Shown here one piece after another: positions 59,158-64,000 of a DNA stretch of 64,000 nt (the first letter of the stretch is position 1; the number at the start of each line of letters is the position of its first letter). The DNA comes from Promethearchaeota archaeon (GTDB lineage: Archaea > Asgardarchaeota > Lokiarchaeia > Sigyniarchaeales > SOKP01), in the NCBI GenBank assembly GCA_048937405.1, contig JBHLNF010000001.1, forward strand, positions 752,785-816,784. The letters run 5' to 3'. Below the pieces are notes generated by a model, which had not been told where the DNA came from, searched no databases, and saw only the letters and a program-made list of their open reading frames with translations. The translations under genes were made by a program, and so were the position numbers.

Positions 59158-60333
59158 TTAGTCCGGTTTGAATTTAAAGAAAATTATGAAAGTGGAAATT
59201 GCTGGAAATATTATCATAAAATACATAACAATATAATAATCAGAATTAAAAACAGATAATAATAAGCTGAATAATAGTCCACCGAGAAAACTTCCTGAAA
59301 AAACACTGGTATTAGCAAAACCCATATATTTACCTTTATTTTTGGGTGAAGTTTTATTAGATATGTAAGTTACTGTTGCAGCCCAATGCAAAGAATAGCT
59401 AAAAGAAACTAATAATTGGCATACTAAAAAACTCCAGAAATTCGTTGAAATTATATATCCAAAGATTGTAATTGTGCTTAAAGCATAGCCAATGATCATG
59501 AAAGATTTAAGATTTTCATTAGTTAATATTTTACCAATTAATAACATCTGAAAGAATTGTAATAAAAAGTTAATTCCAATCAAAAATCCAATTTCTGTAT
59601 CATTACTTAAATGAATCCCCATAATAATTGCCAATATTGGCAAGATTGATTTCAGACTAAAATTTCTAAAAAATAATCCATGATAAATTGATTTTGAAAT
59701 TAAAATATTTTCTTGATTATTAATTAATAAAAGATCATCTGAGTTTTTCTCTGTTTTTCTGTTAAATCTTTCTAAAATCAATGATCTTTTTTCTTTTATA
59801 AAAAACAAAATAATTAAATTTGGTAAAAAAACTAAAAAAGAAAAGAAAAATATATTCTCAATTCCATAGAAATCAATAAAAATACCACCAGATTGAGCTC
59901 CAACAAACCAACCGGCAACAACTGAAGCATTATAGTAAGAAATGAAAGTTTTATCATTTTCTACTAATTCAGCAAATAATGTCATTAATAAATTATTTGA
60001 TGCCATAAAAAAGCCAAAAATAAATATTAATAGTATTAAAATAAATAAATTCTGGGAAAGAAATAATAAAAAAAAATAGATAAAAGACATTCCAAGAGAG
60101 CCAATCAAAATAAAAATATATCTATTTTGAATTTTATCTGAATAATGACCATATATTGGTGGAAAAATAAAAGCAGTTAAAGGAAAAATTGTAATTATTA
60201 GTTGTATTATCGGTCTTTCTATACCTGAAAATTCCAAATACTTAGGTAAATATGTAAGTAGAGTAATTGAAGCTGTACTGATAATAAAAATAGATATTAA
60301 AATTAGAACAACCGATTTTTTTGATAAGATCAA
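59158..60333 (-). CDS. MFS transporter (paralogue 3 of 3)
   Basis: ~12 TM; GHYSDKIQNR motif A; NKGKYMG. Confidence 0.9.
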   Translation of the reverse strand: MILSKKSVVLILISIFIISTASITLLTYLPKYLEFSGIERPIIQLIITIFPLTAFIFPPIYGHYSDKIQNRYIFILIGSLGMSFIYFFLLFLSQNLFILILLIFIFGFFMASNNLLMTLFAELVENDKTFISYYNASVVAGWFVGAQSGGIFIDFYGIENIFFFSFLVFLPNLIILFFIKEKRSLILERFNRKTEKNSDDLLLINNQENILISKSIYHGLFFRNFSLKSILPILAIIMGIHLSNDTEIGFLIGINFLLQFFQMLLIGKILTNENLKSFMIIGYALSTITIFGYIISTNFWSFLVCQLLVSFSYSLHWAATVTYISNKTSPKNKGKYMGFANTSVFSGSFLGGLLFSLLLSVFNSDYYIVMYFMIIFPAISTFIIFFKFKPD

Positions 60334-60482
60334 CTAATATTCCCCTTTTATGAAATTCAAATTATTTTACTTTTTAGTAATTATAAAAAATTAGTGTAAA
60401 ATAATTACTATATTAAAAAAATTAATCACTTAATCTCAGTATTTAAGCAAGAAATAAAAATATCTCCTTTAAATTCTTTAAA

Positions 60483-61655
60483 TTACTCGGTACTTTTAAA
60501 TTTAAAAAATATAATTAATGTAGAAATTAATGGAAAAATAATCATAAATGACATAGATATATAATAATTAGAGTTAGACAGTGCTAACAATAAACTAAAA
60601 AACATACCTCCAATTGTTGTACCAGCAAAAATACTAGATGTAGCATATCCCATATAACGCCCTTTATTGAGAGGAGTCGAATTTTGAGCAATATAAACAG
60701 TTGTTGCCATCCAAAATAGTGAATAACTTAAAGAAAGAAGAACTTGAAAAATTAAGAAGCTCCAAAAGGTCTCTGATATAATATATCCAATAATAACAAT
60801 AACTGATAAAAAGTATCCTAAAATCATAACAACTTTAATATTATTTTGCTTTAATTTCTTTCCTATGAATGGCATGGTGAAAAACTGTAATAAAGGGTTA
60901 ATCCCCACGAGTAATGCTATTTGAGTATTATTCCCTAAGTAGAACCCTATAATAATTACAAGAATGTTTAAGATTGGTATAATACCATAATTCCTAAAAA
61001 AAAGACTCAGGTATATAGATTTAGAGATATTTTCTTTTTTAAGATTTTTTATCACTTCTTCTTTATGAGCATTCTCTGATATTTCAGCATTACTTTCTAG
61101 AATTAATTGTCGATTTTCTCTGATAAATATATTAAAAATAATACTTGGCAAGAACATGATTAATGCAAAGAGGAACAAATTCTCAATGTTAAAAAAGTCT
61201 ATAAATATACCACCTATTATGACACCCGTAAAATTGCCAATTGAACAGATTGAGTTATAATAAGAAATCCACTTTTTGTCATTTTGAACTAATTCACTAA
61301 AAAGAGTAAAAAAAATAGTTCCAAATGAAATAAAAAAGCCAAAAATGAAAATTAATACATTTAGGATTATAATATTTTTGGTAAAAAGAAGTAGAACTAA
61401 AGTAGTGAACATTCCTAAAGGACTTAACATAATAAAATATATTCTGTTTTGGAGTTTATCTGAATACCTTCCTAATAATGGTGGAAAAATAAAGAAGGTA
61501 GACATCGTAAAAGTCATTGTTAAAGTAATAATTGGTGATTCTATCCCCAAAAATAATAAATATTGAGGTAAATAAGTGTACAACAACATTATAGCAACAT
61601 AGATAAAGAAAACGGTTCCCAGAATGAAGATAACAGATTTCTTTGATATTATCAA
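60483..61655 (-). CDS. MFS transporter (paralogue 2 of 3)
   Basis: GRYSDKLQNR; NKGRYMG; clearly similar to both neighbours. Confidence 0.9.
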   Translation of the reverse strand: MIISKKSVIFILGTVFFIYVAIMLLYTYLPQYLLFLGIESPIITLTMTFTMSTFFIFPPLLGRYSDKLQNRIYFIMLSPLGMFTTLVLLLFTKNIIILNVLIFIFGFFISFGTIFFTLFSELVQNDKKWISYYNSICSIGNFTGVIIGGIFIDFFNIENLFLFALIMFLPSIIFNIFIRENRQLILESNAEISENAHKEEVIKNLKKENISKSIYLSLFFRNYGIIPILNILVIIIGFYLGNNTQIALLVGINPLLQFFTMPFIGKKLKQNNIKVVMILGYFLSVIVIIGYIISETFWSFLIFQVLLSLSYSLFWMATTVYIAQNSTPLNKGRYMGYATSSIFAGTTIGGMFFSLLLALSNSNYYISMSFMIIFPLISTLIIFFKFKSTE

Positions 61656-61789
61656 ATTTCCTTCAACGTGCTATAAATTTGCTTAAACGTAATCTCTAAA
61701 ATATTGTTAGATTTATTTAATTTTCTACAAAGATGTGCATTAAAATGTTTAATGTTGAATCTATAACCAAATTATTCAGAATTCAATAA

Positions 61790-62977
61790 TTACTCACTTT
61801 TGAATTTAAAAAATATTATCAATGTAGAAATTAAAGGAAATATGAGCATTATCCACATAAAAGCATAATAGTCTGAATTAAATATCAATAAAGAAGTATA
61901 AAAAAGACCTCCAAAAAAGCCCCCTGAAAAAAAACTTGAATTTGCATAGCCAAGATATTTACCCTTATTATTTGGATCAGTTTTTTGAGCAATATAGATT
62001 TGGGTTGCATTCCAAAATAATGCAAAAGAAGCAGAAACCATTATTTGAGATAGAAAAAAACTGAAGAAGTCAGTAGCAAACATATATCCTAAGATAGCTC
62101 CACAACTTAAAAAAAAACCTAACATCAAAACATACTTCTCATTCTTTTTTGAAATAAATTTTCCGGTAATAAGCATTATAAAGAACTGAAGTAAAGGATT
62201 AAATCCTAATAAAAATCCAATCTGAACACCACTAGCCAAATGAAATCCCATTAAAATTGCTAAAATTGTAACTATTGGTCTTACACCGAAATGTCTCGAA
62301 AAGAGTGCTATATAAAGTGATTTAGAGATTGATGGGTTATTATCTACCTCATCTTCCATATTATTATTTACTTTTTCATTTTTTTCATTGTTATAGTATT
62401 CAATTATATCTTTTCTATTCTCCCTAATAAATAAGATAATTGAACAATTAATTATGGAAATGACTAGAAAAAATATAAATATGCGCGAAATTCCAAATAT
62501 ATCTATATAGATACCCCCAAATTGCGAACCAAGAAACCATCCAAATACAGAAATTGCATTATAATAAATTACAAAGTTTGAATTACTTTTTGTTAATTCT
62601 TGAAACAGAGTGAAGTTTAACCTATAACTAGCGTTAAACATACCATAAATAATTAATAATATTGTTATTAAAATTAGATTCTTTGTAAATATTAAAGTTA
62701 GAAAAATTAGACTTGTACCAAATGACCCCATTATGATAAAGATATACCTATTTTGTATTTTGTCTGACAACTTACCAAAAACTTGTGGAAAAAATATTAG
62801 GGCCAAAGGATAAATTGTAATAACAAATTGTACAACTGAAGGATTGAATCCAAGATCTTTTAAATAAGGAGGAAGATAATTTATCAGTGCTATACCCGCT
62901 GCACCATATATTAAAGCTGAGATTAGACAAAGAAAAACAGAACTTTTTGAAAGTATTTTAAGATTAGCTTCTTGCAT
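61790..62977 (-). CDS. MFS transporter (paralogue 1 of 3)
   Basis: GKLSDKIQNR; NKGKYLG. Confidence 0.9.
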   Translation of the reverse strand: MQEANLKILSKSSVFLCLISALIYGAAGIALINYLPPYLKDLGFNPSVVQFVITIYPLALIFFPQVFGKLSDKIQNRYIFIIMGSFGTSLIFLTLIFTKNLILITILLIIYGMFNASYRLNFTLFQELTKSNSNFVIYYNAISVFGWFLGSQFGGIYIDIFGISRIFIFFLVISIINCSIILFIRENRKDIIEYYNNEKNEKVNNNMEDEVDNNPSISKSLYIALFSRHFGVRPIVTILAILMGFHLASGVQIGFLLGFNPLLQFFIMLITGKFISKKNEKYVLMLGFFLSCGAILGYMFATDFFSFFLSQIMVSASFALFWNATQIYIAQKTDPNNKGKYLGYANSSFFSGGFFGGLFYTSLLIFNSDYYAFMWIMLIFPLISTLIIFFKFKSE

Positions 62978-62980
62978 CTT

Positions 62981-64000
62981 TTATAACCTAATTTTTTTTA
63001 TCGTTGCATACAAGTTTATTAATTTCTTTGAGACTATTTTCCATCTAAAATTATTTTCTACTCTTCTATGACAGTTTTCTCTTACTTTGTTATAATAATT
63101 AGGATCCAAAAGAACTAGAGATTCAAGTATTTTATCAGGAATCTGGTTTACTATGCGAAAATTTTCAACTTCATAAATATCTTCTTTATCTTTGACTTTT
63201 TCAGAAATCTCCTTTAACTTAAAGAGAGAAATTAAAGCTTCAGCAAATTGTTGGGGGTTATCTTTCTCAATTAAAATCCCTGTACCTATTTCAGGAAAAT
63301 GTCTGATATCTATTATAGATTCTTGAAATCCTCCCACTTTTGTTGCAATAACTGGTAATTTTACAGACATAGCTTCTAAAGCAATGATACCAAATGGTTC
63401 CCATCTAGATAAAGCACAATAGACATCAGAAGAAATGTGGGCAAGATGAAAAATATCTGTAGCTACACCATAAATTATTCTAAGATTATTTGGATAATTT
63501 TTTATATAATGAGCATATTTTCTAATTTCATTTAAACTATAATCAGTAGGTAATATGAGAAATAAGAATTTAGCATTAGGTATCACTTCGATTATAAAAG
63601 GTATCGCATCTAAAATAGTTTCAAATCCCTTTTGAGGGGAAATTCTCCCTGTTGTAATTACTAATGGTCCTGATTCGTTGAATGATTTGATATAACCCTT
63701 TTCAGTTAATTCATTCCCATTAGTAATCTCATTAATAACTGTTAAAACCTTCTCTGACTGAATTAATGGACTCTTATCTAAATGGGATAATTTATATGTT
63801 AATAAATACTCTTTCATGTCAGCTAGCGTTACGTCTTTTTCAGAGGTTATATTTAACACATATCGAATTTCTTGTTCATGATTATTTAATACCTGTTTAA
63901 GAATTTTATTATAGTTCCAATCACATCCATCCCAGACAAAATTAGATTTAAATTCAATAAGATCTCTTCCACAATTAGGTATTATATCTGATTTTAAATA
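62981..64000 (-). CDS. Glycogen synthase-like GT-B glycosyltransferase (5' end beyond the window)
   Basis: Frame open to position 64000 (..FVWDGCDW..); TGRISPQKG, SRWEPFGIIALEAM, ATKVGG, FRWK. Confidence 0.8.
   Translation of the reverse strand, partial: YLKSDIIPNCGRDLIEFKSNFVWDGCDWNYNKILKQVLNNHEQEIRYVLNITSEKDVTLADMKEYLLTYKLSHLDKSPLIQSEKVLTVINEITNGNELTEKGYIKSFNESGPLVITTGRISPQKGFETILDAIPFIIEVIPNAKFLFLILPTDYSLNEIRKYAHYIKNYPNNLRIIYGVATDIFHLAHISSDVYCALSRWEPFGIIALEAMSVKLPVIATKVGGFQESIIDIRHFPEIGTGILIEKDNPQQFAEALISLFKLKEISEKVKDKEDIYEVENFRIVNQIPDKILESLVLLDPNYYNKVRENCHRRVENNFRWKIVSKKLINLYATIKKIRL

Noticed and set aside
290-61566. Many short antisense or overlapping ORFs in the track (e.g. 290..574, 32867..33217, 47735..48058, 54916..55200, 61345..61566)
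   Set aside because: They lie within well-supported genes on another frame or strand and have no motifs
1-64000. CRISPR array, tRNA or rRNA genes
   Set aside because: No regularly spaced direct repeats and no GC-rich structured tracts other than the IS end hairpins were seen by eye

Overview
AT-rich, gene-dense archaeal chromosome segment, most consistent with an Asgard archaeon of the Lokiarchaeia type. This placement is an inference from the combination of H4MPT C1 enzymes (Ftr, Mtd, Mch), a RagA/Gtr1-like GTPase with a roadblock-like tail, a Rab-like GTPase, a eukaryote-like presenilin and expanded beta-oxidation genes. Layout: lipid/acyl-CoA catabolic island with two Cys-less thiolase-fold + DUF35 modules (1-12.5 kb); mixed housekeeping, TPR and 7TM/coiled-coil genes (12.6-27 kb); two large type-I surface proteins (27-31.6 kb); C1 genes, Rag-like GTPase and a purine-salvage/nuclease cluster with two divergent MTAP paralogues, one carrying a zinc-ribbon insert (31.7-42.4 kb); a head-to-head metzincin/presenilin pair; an orphan FrhB-like gene with a perfect operator-like palindrome; a Rab-like GTPase; an IS200/IS605 (TnpB) relic whose right end supplies a neighbour's stop codon; a glycine cleavage operon; XPD helicase; three tandem MFS transporters; and a partial glycogen-synthase-like gene. 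Three ORFs missing from the supplied track were found, along with two N-terminal start/frameshift anomalies. No tRNA, rRNA or CRISPR array was seen. All family calls rest on motif recognition by eye; no searches were run.
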